DNA of 63,896 bases, filler included, from Vicugna vicugna (GCA_013265495.1; 71 parts of 69 records of this genome joined end to end with filler, not necessarily neighbours in it); one strand, 5' to 3'. Positions 12,470-24,711 are shown, counted from the whole stretch's first letter. Notes: a model not told the origin generated them from the sequence alone. A program made the numbers and translations.

Positions 12470-13068
12470 TCAGAATTTAGAACCCGGAATGTAGAACACA
12501 GAATTTAGAATATACAATATAGAATACTGAATATCGATTTTAGAATATAGAATGTAGAACAGAGAATATAGAATATAGAATAGGGAATGCAAAATATAGA
12601 ATATAGAATATGGAATGAAGAATACTAAATTTAGAATATAAAATAGAGAATATAGAAATCAGAAATTAAACATGGAATATAGAACTCATAATTACGACTA
12701 TAGAAAACAGAATACTGAATATAGAATTTAGAATACAGAATGAAGAACACAGANNNNNNNNNNNNNNNNNNNNNNNNNNNNNNNNNNNNNNNNNNNNNNN
12801 NNNNNNNNNNNNNNNNNNNNNNNNNNNNNNNNNNNNNNNNNNNNNNNNNNNNNNNNNNNNNNNNNNNNNNNNNNNNNNNNNNNNNNNNNNNNNNNNNNNN
12901 NNNNNNNNNNNNNNNNNNNNNNNNNNNNNNNNNNNNNNNNNNNNNNNNGTATATAATAGAGAAAACTGTATATAGAATTTAGAATATAGAAAGCAGAACC
13001 CAGAATATAGAATATAGAATATTGAATACAGAGTATACAATTAAGAATAAAGTATGTAAATCACAGAA
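12470..13068 (+). repeat. Satellite C
   Basis: TAGAATA heptamer array. Confidence 0.95.
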
Positions 13069-13654
13069 NNNNNNNNNNNNNNNNNNNNNNNNNNNNNNNN
13101 NNNNNNNNNNNNTTAATTAATTAANNNNNNNNNNNNNNNNNNNNNNNNNNNNNNNNNNNNNNNNNNNNTGTGGAAGTGAGAAATGAGACCCTTGGGTGGG
13201 GCTTTTTGCAGATTATACTGAGAGCTTATTCAGTATGGCTTCTTCTTAATTTCTTTTAAACAACCCTTTCGTTGTATTTAGTCAGATACATTAAGAACAT
13301 TCCCTTTTGATGTGCAGAGGAGCTAAGACTAAAGTTTTCAAATAATTTCTAGTGAGAATGTTGTACTTGAAACCTAATTTGCATCAATCTTTGAAGATTT
13401 ATGTTTCAGGAGCTTTGACTAAAGAACACCTGTCTTTATTCAATAACGACAACTAAATGCTCAGCAACATGTAAGAGTTTGAGCAAACTGTCCCCGCCCC
13501 GTACTGCTGGGTGGCTGCAGCTGTAACTGGAGTCCGCGCTTACCTCTCCTAGTACCCTTGTGCTGATCTGCTCAAAGGGGTTCGTCTAAAATTTTGTCAG
13601 TTGTCTGTTGGACAAAGTCATAAAACATTGATTGAAAAATATATTCTTATTAAT

Positions 13655-13790
13655 ATTAAGTAAGCACATATTGAGTGCTTACTGTATGATGGAATTGTCC
13701 CTCAGCCTCACATGAATATTATTTCTCTTAAAACCTCACATATTTCCCTGTTATTCTCACTTTACTGATAAGGAGACTGAGAATTAGGTC
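13655..13790 (-). mobile_element. MIR SINE fragment
   Basis: CATATTGAGTGCTTACTGTATG...TTCTCACTTTACTGATAAGGAGACTGAG resembles the reverse MIR core. Confidence 0.7.
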
Positions 13791-14174
13791 TTCTCTCTTT
13801 TGGTGGGGGCTCATTATCAATGATAGGAAGTTGTAAGGAAAAAGATATTGATTCATCCTAAGAAAACATTTTTCTGAGTGTCAGCAATGACACAGCAAGA
13901 AGTTGAACACTGAAGAAGGTGTTCATTGTTCGAGTAAGACAAGTCCTTGGTTGTACGGAGTCAGCATCCCTGTCCTGGACACGGTACGGGTAGAGCTGTG
14001 TGGTGGGTGAGGCGGCGCGGTCGCGCAGGGAACGCGGATGCTGAGCCGTTGGGCTGTGCTCAGGCCNNNNNNNNNNNNNNNNNNNNNNNNNNNNNNNNNN
14101 NNNNNNNNNNTTAATTAATTAANNNNNNNNNNNNNNNNNNNNNNNNNNNNNNNNNNNNNNNNNNNNATCCCCTC

Positions 14175-14350
14175 GTCCACTCACCTTAACCTTCCCGAGC
14201 CCCACTCTTCCGTCTGTCATGTATGGGTAGCTGTAGTAACCACTCACGGGCTTGCTTTGAAGCCAGAATAGGATCGGGGTTCTGATGCTCTTAGCACGGT
14301 ACCCAGCACGTAGTAAGTCCTCCATAAAATTAGGTATTGGCATTATTAAT
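14175..14350 (+). mobile_element. MIR SINE (3' part)
   Basis: CTTAACCTTCCCGAGCCCCA..TCTGTCA..CTTAGCACGGTACCCAGCACGTAGTAAGTCCTCCATAAA. Confidence 0.7.
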
Positions 14351-14399
14351 AATATTATTTATGGAATGAAGCATATAAAAATTAAGATGTATTTGATGA

Positions 14400-14920
14400 A
14401 GGATGGTAAAGGGGGAAATGAGATTACAGAAGGACTTGGTCTAGTCTGGGGATCGGGGAAAGTTTCTCTGAAGAAAGGACATATAATCTGAGACCCAGAC
14501 ATTCACTAACTCTCAGTGAGCAGAGCGGAGAAAGCATTTCACAGACCCGCATCTCTGAAGGCTTTCCTCAGCGGGACAGCTTGTTTGTCTGAAGAACTGG
14601 AAGAAACTGGAGATGCAGCACAGCAAGCAAAGGAGAAAACAGACAGTGAGTGGGTCTGGGAAGCTGCCAGGGGCCAGGGTTGACTAGCTGCTGTAGGCCA
14701 CATCGAGGGCTTGAATTTTTATCTCCAGCACTGAGGAGTGGACTGAAGGGCTATTAACAGGTTGAGACATAGTGAAGATTTCTTCTTCAGCAAGGACCAT
14801 CCTGGCTGATCTCTAGGGAATAGAGCAGGGGGTGTGAGAAGGGAGGGAAAAGGAGGTCCACCTGTGCTGAGTGGTGACGGCGGCTTTGACTGGACTGGTG
14901 GTGGTGTTGATGGAGAGAAG
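14400..14920 (-). mobile_element. L2 LINE fragment (ancient)
   Basis: Purine-rich tract with L2-like phrases: CTCTGAAGAAAGGACATATAATCTGAGACC, GTAGGCCACATCGAGGGCTTGAATTTTTATC and AAGGACCATCCTGGCTG. Confidence 0.6.
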
Positions 14921-15020
14921 NNNNNNNNNNNNNNNNNNNNNNNNNNNNNNNNNNNNNNNNNNNNTTAATTAATTAANNNNNNNNNNNNNNNNNNNNNNNN
15001 NNNNNNNNNNNNNNNNNNNN

Positions 15021-15673
15021 GAGGTATCCTGATTGTGGGAAAGCTCCTCCAAATGACAGCAGAGCATGGGTTCTAATAGAATCCCTTAAATTGTATTCCA
15101 TGAGTGTTTCCCTAGGCCGGGCTGAGAGGGAAAGCTGGGAGTTTGGCTTGGAGGCCAAGTAGCAGCAACTGCCCCCCGATGGAATGTGGAAGTATTTAGA
15201 GGACTTCTCCCTAATGGTGAACAAGTGTGACCCCATTCATCTACTTGGATTAAGGCTCCACATCCCCCCGCCACACAAGATTCGGTTCTGGAATCCTGAG
15301 TGTGGGGATGTAGATGTTCCTCCAACAGTCAGCAGCGCTTGTGTTCTACTTGAATCCCTTAACTTGCCTTCCCTGATGGTTTGCCTATGCTGGAGTGCAG
15401 GGGAATGTGGGGTTTCGGCTCTAATTCCAAGTATAAGCCAATGCATCTACATGGGAAGTTGAGAAATTGTACCTAAAACAAGCAACGTCGGAATACATGT
15501 GCCACCTGAAAGATGCCTGGACTTTGATTCCCCACTTCCAGCACACAAACGAGGACGTGTTCTTCTATCCTGAATGTGGGGAGTTTCCTCCAAATGACAG
15601 CAGCACCTGGGGTCTCAGAGAATCCCTAAGATTGACTTCCTTGAGTGTTTACCTAGGCCGGGCTGTGAGCGAA
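15021..15673 (-). repeat. Satellite B
   Basis: TCCTGA.TGTGGGGA...TCCTCCAA.TGACAGCAGC recurs three times at ~270-bp spacing. Confidence 0.88.
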
Positions 15674-15773
15674 NNNNNNNNNNNNNNNNNNNNNNNNNNN
15701 NNNNNNNNNNNNNNNNNTTAATTAATTAANNNNNNNNNNNNNNNNNNNNNNNNNNNNNNNNNNNNNNNNNNNN

Positions 15774-16548
15774 GGTCTTTAGAAATATTAATAAATGCTT
15801 GGTGCCACTCTGAAATAGACTCTATTATTAAGGGAAAGACCTCAGTATCCTAGGAAGGTAAGATAAATGTGTAAAGGAAGATATAAGGAATGGAATTATA
15901 TTTTGTTAATGAAAAATAGTGACTTTTTCCTGAAGCTGGTTACTTCTGAATGGAAGAAAAAATAAGGGACACAGTAATACGAGTATAGAAAGCTGTGGAA
16001 GGCTTGTGGAAGAGGAACCCTGAGGAAAGAGTTTTGTATGTGGTCGGAATTGGCTAAGTTTAGAATCAATTTGGGCAAAGTAAATGAATCTTACTTAGAA
16101 GTAGTACAAGACTAGATTTGGTTTTCTCTCTGTTAATGGGACAAAATTTTTTTAAAATATTAATCCGCCTTCAGTAACAAATTGTAAATCTTCTTATGCA
16201 ACTTAAGTGATTTGTTGTGCCTTTAGCTTTGAAGTATTTTCTTGTTAATGTGGAAGTACTACTTTACAGTGATCTATACGTTTATCTGACCAAGTATTTC
16301 GAAAACTTTTAACAAGCTCCCCAAATATCAATTTCTCATTAAAATTCTTTTGGTCTCCAGTTAACTTTGGGATGCTGCAAAGGGTCCCTGAAACATCTCA
16401 AAGAGAGATTTTAAAGTAGTAAGTTTCATTTGGCATGTTAAACAACATGGGAGGTATTGTCAAATGAATAATAAATCTTCCTAGGTTATAGTGTAAGAGA
16501 AAATATTATTAATATAGATATTCTAGGAATTATATGGACTCCCTAAAA
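15774..16548 (+). mobile_element. ERV1-class (MER4-group-like) internal non-coding fragment
   Basis: AT-rich tract with CTAACTTTGGGATGCTGCAAAGGGTCCCTGAAACATCTCAAAGAGAG-like and ACATGGGAGGTATTGTCAAATG motifs that I recall as typical of non-autonomous ERV1 internal regions; recognised by memory only. Confidence 0.6.
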
Positions 16549-16659
16549 NNNNNNNNNNNNNNNNNNNNNNNNNNNNNNNNNNNNNNNNNNNNTTAATTAA
16601 TTAANNNNNNNNNNNNNNNNNNNNNNNNNNNNNNNNNNNNNNNNNNNNGACATCCTGTG

Positions 16660-16835
16660 CAGCCTGGGTTCCAGCCCTAAGCCTGCCACCGCCTACTGCG
16701 TGTGATTTGGGACAAACTGCCCCATCTCTCAATCCCTCAGCTGCAGAAAAGGAGACACTGATACCTACCCTCAAACACCTGCTATGAAGTAAAACATGAG
16801 GAAAGCATTTTAGCCTTTGGTTGGTGCCCATTCAG
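16660..16835 (+). mobile_element. MIR SINE
   Basis: CCTGGGTTCCAGCCCTAAGCCTGCCAC..TGTGATTTGGGACAA..CCTCAGCTGCAGAAAAGGAGA..TACCTACCCTCA. Confidence 0.7.
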
Positions 16836-17095
16836 GGCGAATTTGGTCATTATGATGATGAGGATGGCTGTTAACAAATTAAGCTAGACCAAATAGTAGA
16901 AATCACCATAAAGGAGAAACATTTTAAGTCAATGAGCTTTTCCTTTTGGATGGATTGCAGAATGTTCTATTGATTTTTTTAATAAGCCAAGTATTGCCCA
17001 TTATTTATAGACTTCCAGGTTCATGAACAAGTCTCAAGAAGCAGAATTAGAGGCCTCTAAACTCTGAATATTAAGAAAGTAAAGCTAAAAAAATA

Positions 17096-17181
17096 GGGGG
17101 GAGATTATACCTCAGTTGGGAGAGCACATGTTTAACATGCATGAGGTCCTCAGTTCAGTCCCCAGTAACTCTATTTAAAAA
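17096..17181 (+). mobile_element. tRNA-derived SINE, vic-1-like (camelid)
   Basis: GGGGGGAGATTATACCTCAGTTGGGAGAGCACATGTTTAACATGCATGAGGTCCTCAGTTCAGTCCCCAGTAACTC has degenerate A and B boxes and an A-rich tail. Confidence 0.8.
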
Positions 17182-17452
17182 CGTTTTTTGAAGAAATGGA
17201 GAATTAAAGCACAAAGATGGAAGACTACAGAATTCTTTTGCAGACTCAACTCAGATTTAAGCTGGGGAAAAAAGACACCCTTTTCTCAGAGGTAATCTTG
17301 AAAACATGTAAACGGGATCTGAGATGTCTAGTCTTTTAACATTATTCATGAANNNNNNNNNNNNNNNNNNNNNNNNNNNNNNNNNNNNNNNNNNNNTTAA
17401 TTAATTAANNNNNNNNNNNNNNNNNNNNNNNNNNNNNNNNNNNNNNNNNNNN

Positions 17453-18485
17453 TGGATTCCAGGTGGAATGTTGGTGTGTACCGCGAGGCTTGTTATGCCT
17501 GGTGAATCCTAGGTAACTGGGCAGAATTCTGTGGGTGGATCAGTGCGATGGAGGGGCTGCCGCCCTCTGTGGAGCTTGGCTTAGGTCTTTGGTCCGGGAA
17601 GCTGTGTCAGTTCGAGATACTGCTGCTGCCCAACTGAGTTCACGGGTCAGTTTCCAGAACCTGAAAGGGCGGACAGTGGAAGATCTGCCTGTCTTCAGCT
17701 TACTGGAGAGGCTCCGAGGTCCTTTCAGACTTGCCCAGTCCTGTTGAAGTCGACTTTAATGGAGACACGAAGAGAAGCTGGCCAAAAATATGGCTGTACG
17801 GATTGAGGAGAGATGCGAACACATTGATGAGAGATGTTCTGCTACAATAGAGAATACTGGCCTGGAGACAGCTGTAGAGGATAGCAGGCTCGAAAGGCAT
17901 TCATGAGACATATTGAACCTCGCTGATACTAGCAGAAACATACGGAGGGCCACCGTGGACTGGAGGAAGTTCCTCAATTCTCTGCTCCAAGAACGGGTCC
18001 AAGATCCCTGACGTCNNNNNNNNNNNNNNNNNNNNNNNNNNNNNNNNNNNNNNNNNNNNNNNNNNNNNNNNNNNNNNNNNNNNNNNNNNNNNNNNNNNNN
18101 NNNNNNNNNNNNNNNNNNNNNNNNNNNNNNNNNNNNNNNNNNNNNNNNNNNNNNNNNNNNNNNNNNNNNNNNNNNNNNNNNNNNNNNNNNNNNNNNNNNN
18201 NNNNNNNNNNNNNNNNNNNNNNNNNNNNNNNNNNNNNNNNNNNNNNNNNNNNNNNNNNNNNNNNNNNNNNNNNNNNNNNNNNNNNNNNNNTGAACAACAG
18301 GGAACCCCATAAAGGTCAAATACTCTCGTATGAAATAGATAGGAATTGAATACTTAGCTCCCACAAAGAAACGATGGCCTTCCGCTAGATTCAGCAAATG
18401 TTGGTTTATGTCTTCTCTGGGGTGAAAGGAGTCTGGTAACTGGGGGGAATCTTTGACTGAACTTGAATCTGTATTAGGCCTCCGT
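17453..18485. repeat. Unidentified multicopy segment, copy 2 (overlaps the element in scaffold 1-897)
   Basis: 18291-18485 matches 124-319. Confidence 0.85.
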
Positions 18486-18585
18486 NNNNNNNNNNNNNNN
18501 NNNNNNNNNNNNNNNNNNNNNNNNNNNNNTTAATTAATTAANNNNNNNNNNNNNNNNNNNNNNNNNNNNNNNNNNNNNNNNNNNN

Positions 18586-18963
18586 AACACCAAGTTCGAA
18601 TTCATGCATTTTACACAGAAAAATTTTTCTCGAGCGATTTCCACATAACAAATGTGTAATTTACATGATCCAACAACATGACATTCCGGGTTCGTACATG
18701 CTACATGTATGACTGATTTGGAAATCATGCGTTTCTGACTTGTGAGCATGTGGATTACTGACCTTTCATCCTCCAAAGGCATATATAGACTTAGACATAT
18801 TTACTCTGACTTCATAGGTTTTTCCTATCAGCAGGTACTAAAATCGGACATTTGGCACCAGAAAACACTCTTTGAGCGAAATCTCACCAATAGACACGAA
18901 ATTTGCATTGTTTACATGACCATGGTATTCCGTATTACGAACATGTTTCATGCATCACGGATT
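18586..18963 (+). repeat. Satellite D
   Basis: GTGAGCATGTGGATTACTGACCTTTCATCC and other D motifs. Confidence 0.93.
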
Positions 18964-19063
18964 NNNNNNNNNNNNNNNNNNNNNNNNNNNNNNNNNNNNN
19001 NNNNNNNTTAATTAATTAANNNNNNNNNNNNNNNNNNNNNNNNNNNNNNNNNNNNNNNNNNNN

Positions 19064-19822
19064 GAAATACCTTCCCTGATCTTGGGGAGGCAGCCTCAGT
19101 CACGGCGATATCCTGCAATCCCCCCTACCATTCTCTGGCACAGAGACATAAGGAAAACCCTCAGGGGAGACGAGCTTAGGCTTTCCGTTTGAACCCACGC
19201 GCTGCAGAGCTTTGGTGGAACATCCCCAGGCTCAGGATTCCGGAACCATTGTCAGTGCGTGGGGGAGCTCGAGAGAAAACTCCACGCAGCTCTCTTCAGT
19301 CACAAGTGTTCCATGTTCGGGGAAGTCCGAGAAATAACTTCCCTGAATTTGGGGTAGCAGCCTCTGTCCCTGGGATATCCTGCAAATCCCCCTAGTATTC
19401 CCTGGCACAGAGACATAAGGAAACCACTCAGGGGAGACGAGCTTAGGCTTTCCGTTTGAACCCACGCGCTGCCGACCGTTGATGGAACCTCCCCACGCTC
19501 AGGATTCCGGAAACATTGTTAGTGCGTGGGGGAGCTCGAGAGACANNNNNNNNNNNNNNNNNNNNNNNNNNNNNNNNNNNNNNNNTCCGAGAAATAACTT
19601 CCGTGACCTTGGGGAGGCAGCGTCTGTCACTGGGATATCCTGCAAACCCCCCTAGCATTCCCTGGCACAGAGATATTAGGAAAACACTCAGGGGAGACGA
19701 GCTTAGGCTTTCCATTTGAACCCACGCGCTGACGATCTTTGGTGGAACCTCCCCACACTCAGGATTCTGGAAACATCGTCAGTGCGTCGGGGAGCTCGAG
19801 AGACAACTCCACGCATCTCTCT
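19064..19822 (+). repeat. Satellite A (variant GCTTAGGCTTTCCGTTTGAACCC)
   Basis: About three tandem ~260-267-bp units. Confidence 0.95.
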
Positions 19823-20469
19823 NNNNNNNNNNNNNNNNNNNNNNNNNNNNNNNNNNNNNNNNNNNNTTAATTAATTAANNNNNNNNNNNNNNNNNNNNNN
19901 NNNNNNNNNNNNNNNNNNNNNNGGAAGAACTCTCTTGTTCTCCTTTGTGTTTATTCTTCAGTGAAGGAGTTACTTGGACCAATTCTTAATCCTGAGAGAG
20001 TGTAGCCTGTGTTATGGAAGAGCTGCTGGACAGTGTGCTTTCTAGGTGGGTTTTCACATCAGCTGATGCCCCAGGCAGACAGGAAAGCTATTACTCAGAG
20101 CTTCTTAGTGTGGAGTTGGGGGATGGCCCTGCTGTCATCCTCACCATTTAAAAATATGTTACTTCCCTCTTTTTCCTAGGTGACATTTTAGGTTATTGGT
20201 TCACAGATTGCTGGCACACACATCCCTGTTATCAAACATCTTTTAAACTTGGGTGAAGTGATAAGTAGGGGAAGAAGATGATTTACTGAAAGGTAAGAAT
20301 ACGTAAATTTGCATTAAAGCCACCTTCTGTCAATCTTTCTCAAATGATTTTTGTCGGATTCTAAATCAANNNNNNNNNNNNNNNNNNNNNNNNNNNNNNN
20401 NNNNNNNNNNNNNTTAATTAATTAANNNNNNNNNNNNNNNNNNNNNNNNNNNNNNNNNNNNNNNNNNNN

Positions 20470-21202
20470 TTCTGTCACCTGAAATTGCTAGCCCCCATTC
20501 AGGATAGCAGAAAATTTCTTCATGTGTGTTCTGGTGATGGGGATACAGAGTCCATGCTTTTTTCAAGGAGCACAGGTATTCCCATGTTGTGGGGTTTTGG
20601 TTAATAACCTCCAAATCCCATGGAGAAGCACTCGCTAATACTTTTATTTAGAGCCCAACCCACCCTTTCTCCAGCACTCCGTATCAGGCAACAAAACAGG
20701 GTAGACAAGTTAAGAGATTTTATAAGAACCAAGGCCTTGCTCTCAGTTGGAGGNNNNNNNNNNNNNNNNNNNNNNNNNNNNNNNNNNNNNNNNNNNNNNN
20801 NNNNNNNNNNNNNNNNNNNNNNNNNNNNNNNNNNNNNNNNNNNNNNNNNNNNNNNNNNNNNNNNNNNNNNNNNNNNNNNNNNNNNNNNNNNNNNNNNNNN
20901 NNNTACTTGGTTTCGGAGCCAAAACCACACTGTCCCCCGCACTCCCGCCTAGGCTTTCCATCAGGGAAGACAAGCAAATGGATTCAATTAGAACCCAAGC
21001 GCTGCTGTCAGTTGGAGGAACTTCCCTGCACTCAGAATTCCAGAACACATTGTTAGGTGTTGGAGAGATGTGCAGCCCCACTGCACCCAGATGAATGGAG
21101 GAAAAGGAGTTCCGTTTAGGGACAAGCCCTCTAAATACTTCCTCAAAGGATCAGGGTGCAATCACTGCTACGTGGCCTCCAAGCCCAACCCCCAGCTTTC
21201 CC
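20470..21202 (+). repeat. Satellite B
   Basis: TTAGAACCCAAGCGCTGCTGTCAGTTGGAGGAAC core. Confidence 0.87.
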
Positions 21203-21302
21203 NNNNNNNNNNNNNNNNNNNNNNNNNNNNNNNNNNNNNNNNNNNNTTAATTAATTAANNNNNNNNNNNNNNNNNNNNNNNNNNNNNNNNNNNNNNNNNN
21301 NN

Positions 21303-22763
21303 AATACTGAATATTGAATTTAGAATATAGAATGTAGAACACACTATTTAGAATATAGATTAGAGAATATAGAAGCCAGAATTAAGAATATGGAATGCAG
21401 AACACAGAATTTAGAATATACAATACAGAATACTGAATATAGAATTTAGAATATAGAATGTAGAACACAGAATATAGAATATAGAATACAGAATATAGAA
21501 TACAAAAATAAGAACATGGAATGCAGAAGAGGGAATTTAGTATATACAATACATAATACAAATATAGAATATGAGTATACAATTTGAACACAGAGTTTAG
21601 AATATAGAATATGGAATACTGAATATAGAATTTAGAATATACAATGTAGAACACAGAATATAGAATATAGAATACAGAATATAGAATACAAAAATAAGAA
21701 CATGGAATGCAGAAGAGGGAATTTAGTATATACAATACATAATACAAATATAGAATATGAGTATACAATTTGAACACAGAGTTTAGAATATAGAATATGG
21801 AATACTGAATATAGAATTTAGAATATACAATGTAGAACACAGAATATAGAATATAGAATACGGAATGCAGAATATAGAATACAGATGTTAGAATATAGAA
21901 CACAGAATATAGAATATGGAATANNNNNNNNNNNNNNNNNNNNNNNNNNNNNNNNNNNNNNNNNNNNNNNNNNNNNNNNNNNNNNNNNNNNNNNNNNNNN
22001 NNNNNNNNNNNNNNNNNNNNNNNNNNNNNNNNNNNNNNNNNNNNNNNNNNNNNNNNNNNNNNNNNNNNNNNNNNNNNNNNNNNNNNNNNNNNNNNNNNNN
22101 NNNNNNNNNNNNNNNNNNNNNNNNNNNNNNNNNNNNNNNNNNNNNNNNNNNNNNNNNNNNNNNNNNNNNNNNNNNNNNNNNNNNNNNNNNNNNNNNNNNN
22201 NNNNNNNNNNNNNNNNNNNNNNNNNNNNNNNNNNNNNNNNNNNNNNNNNTTAAAAACATGGAATGTAGAACACAGAATTTAGAATATAGAATACAGAATA
22301 CTGAACTTCGAATTTAGAATATAGAATGCAGAACCCAGAATAAAGAATATAGACTACGGAATGCAGAATATAGAGTATAGAATGATGAACACAAATTATA
22401 GAATATAGAATAGAGAATATAGAACCCAGAANNNNNNNNNNNNNNNNNNNNNNNNNNNNNNNNNNNNNNNNNNNNNNNNNNNNNNNNNNNNNNNNNNNNN
22501 NNNNNNNNNNNNNNNNNNNNNNNNNNNNNNNNNNNNNNNNNNNNNNNNNNNNNNNNNNNNNNNNNNNNNNNNNNNNNNNNNNNNNNNNNNNNNNNNNNNN
22601 NNNNNNNNNNNNNNNNNNNNNNNNCAGAACACAGAATTTAGAATATACAATACAGATTCCTGTATATAGAATTTAGAATATAGAATGTAGAACACAGAAT
22701 CTAGAATATAGAATATACAATACGGAAAATAGAATTTAGAATATAGAATGTAGAACACAGAAT
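21303..22763 (+). repeat. Satellite C with an internal 186-bp duplication
   Basis: Heptamer array; TACAAAAATAAGAACATGG occurs at 21501 and 21687. Confidence 0.95.
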
Positions 22764-23650
22764 NNNNNNNNNNNNNNNNNNNNNNNNNNNNNNNNNNNNN
22801 NNNNNNNTTAATTAATTAANNNNNNNNNNNNNNNNNNNNNNNNNNNNNNNNNNNNNNNNNNNNATTTACTATACAGGAATCATACCACAATAAAGGTGCC
22901 TGTAAAATTAAAAAAAAAAAAAACAAGAAAAATTTGGCGACATTGTGTCCTACGTTTTTATGTGTCTTTAGTGAGTGAGTCTTCAAGTTTCCGGTCTGCC
23001 ATATTTTCTGAACCAGAAGTGCCCTCTTCCCTTTTTTTTTGAAAAAAATGTCAGGGGGGGNNNNNNNNNNNNNNNNNNNNNNNNNNNNNNNNNNNNNNNN
23101 NNNNNNNNNNNNNNNNNNNNNNNNNNNNNNNNNNNNNNNNNNNNNNNNNNNNNNNNNNNNNNNNNNNNNNNNNNNNNNNNNNNNNNNNNNNNNNNNNNNN
23201 NNNNNNNNNNNNNNNNNNNNNNNNNNNNNNNNNNNNNNNNNNNNNNNNNNNNNNNNNNNNNNNNNNNNNNNNNNNNNNNNNNNNNNNNNNNNNNNNNNNN
23301 NNNNNNNNNNNNNNNNNNNNNNNNNNNNNNNNNNNNNNNNNNNNNNNNNNNNNNNNNNNNNNNNNNNNNNNNNNNCCCCGCCCCTCGCTCCCCACTGCAT
23401 TAATTCCCACCCCTTGCTAGTCTCCCCAGTGCTGTTCTTTAGAGAGAACAATCCACTTTTCTCACTTTTAATGACTAATTTGTGTCACTCTCCTCCTTAA
23501 AACCGCAAAGAATTCCCCGTTGCGTATGTGAGGAAATCCACGCTCCCTGANNNNNNNNNNNNNNNNNNNNNNNNNNNNNNNNNNNNNNNNNNNNTTAATT
23601 AATTAANNNNNNNNNNNNNNNNNNNNNNNNNNNNNNNNNNNNNNNNNNNN

Positions 23651-24711
23651 TATATATTCAAAAATTTGTGTTCTTCATTCTATATTCTAAATTCTTTACA
23701 CTTCATTCCATATTCTATATTCTGAATTCTGTGTTCTACATTTTATATTCAAAATTCTATATTCAGTCTTCTGTATTTTATATCCTAAATTCTGTGTTCT
23801 GCATTCCATTACTAAATTCTAGTTTCTATATTGTCTTTTATATATTCTATATTTTGTGTTCTTCATTCTATATTCTATATTCTATATTCTGCATTCCGTA
23901 TTCCATTTTCTAAATTTTGTGTTCTGCATTCAATGTTCTNNNNNNNNNNNNNNNNNNNNNNNNNNNNNNNNNNNNNNNNNNNNNNNNNNNNNNNNNNNNN
24001 NNNNNNNNNNNNNNNNNNNNNNNNNNNNNNNNNNNNNNNNNNNNNNNNNNNNNNNNNNNNNNNNNNNNNNNNNNNNNNNNNNNNNNNNNNNNNNNNNNNT
24101 ATATTCTGTGTTCTACATTCTATATTCTATGTCCTATATTCAGTATTTTGTATTCTATATTCTAAATTCTGTGTTCTGCATTCCATTACTAAATTCTAGG
24201 TTCTATGTTCTCTTTTATATATTCAGTAATTTGTGTTCTTCATTCTATATTCTACATTTTATATTCTGCATTTATTTTCTGTATTCTAAATTCTATATGT
24301 AGTAATCTGTATTCTATATTCTAATTTCTGTTTTCTGCATTCCAAGTTCTAAATTCTATATGTAGTAATCTGTATTCTATATTCTAATTTCTGTTTTCTG
24401 CATTCCAAGTTCTAAATTCTATATGTAGTAATCTGTATTCTATATTCTAATTTCTGTTTTCTGCATTCCAAGTTCTAAATTCTATATGTAGTAATCTGTA
24501 TTCTATATTCTAAATTCTGTGTTCTGCTTTCCATCTTCTAAATTCTGGGTTCTATATTCTCTACTCTATACTATATTTTGTATTTTCCTTTCTATATTCT
24601 ACATACTATAGTCTGCATTCCGTGTTCTATATTCTATATTATGTTTTCTACATTCTATATTCTTAATCTATATTCTGTATTCTGTATTCTATATTCTAAT
24701 TTCTGTTTTCT
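23651..24711 (-). repeat. Satellite C with an internal 63-bp tandem repeat
   Basis: A 63-mer recurs at 24284, 24347, 24410 and (as a variant) 24473. Confidence 0.95.

Noticed and set aside
17096..17170. tRNA gene
   Set aside because: Degenerate A/B boxes, broken stems and an A-rich tail indicate a tRNA-derived SINE.
17900..18015. Endogenous bornavirus nucleoprotein-like element (VHGG motif on the minus strand)
   Set aside because: It is only a four-residue coincidence, and the flanking translation does not follow bornavirus N or L as I recall them.
21382..21903. Hydrophobic YILYSVF-repeat 'membrane proteins'
   Set aside because: They are translations of the stop-poor strand of the heptamer satellite C, with no gene structure.
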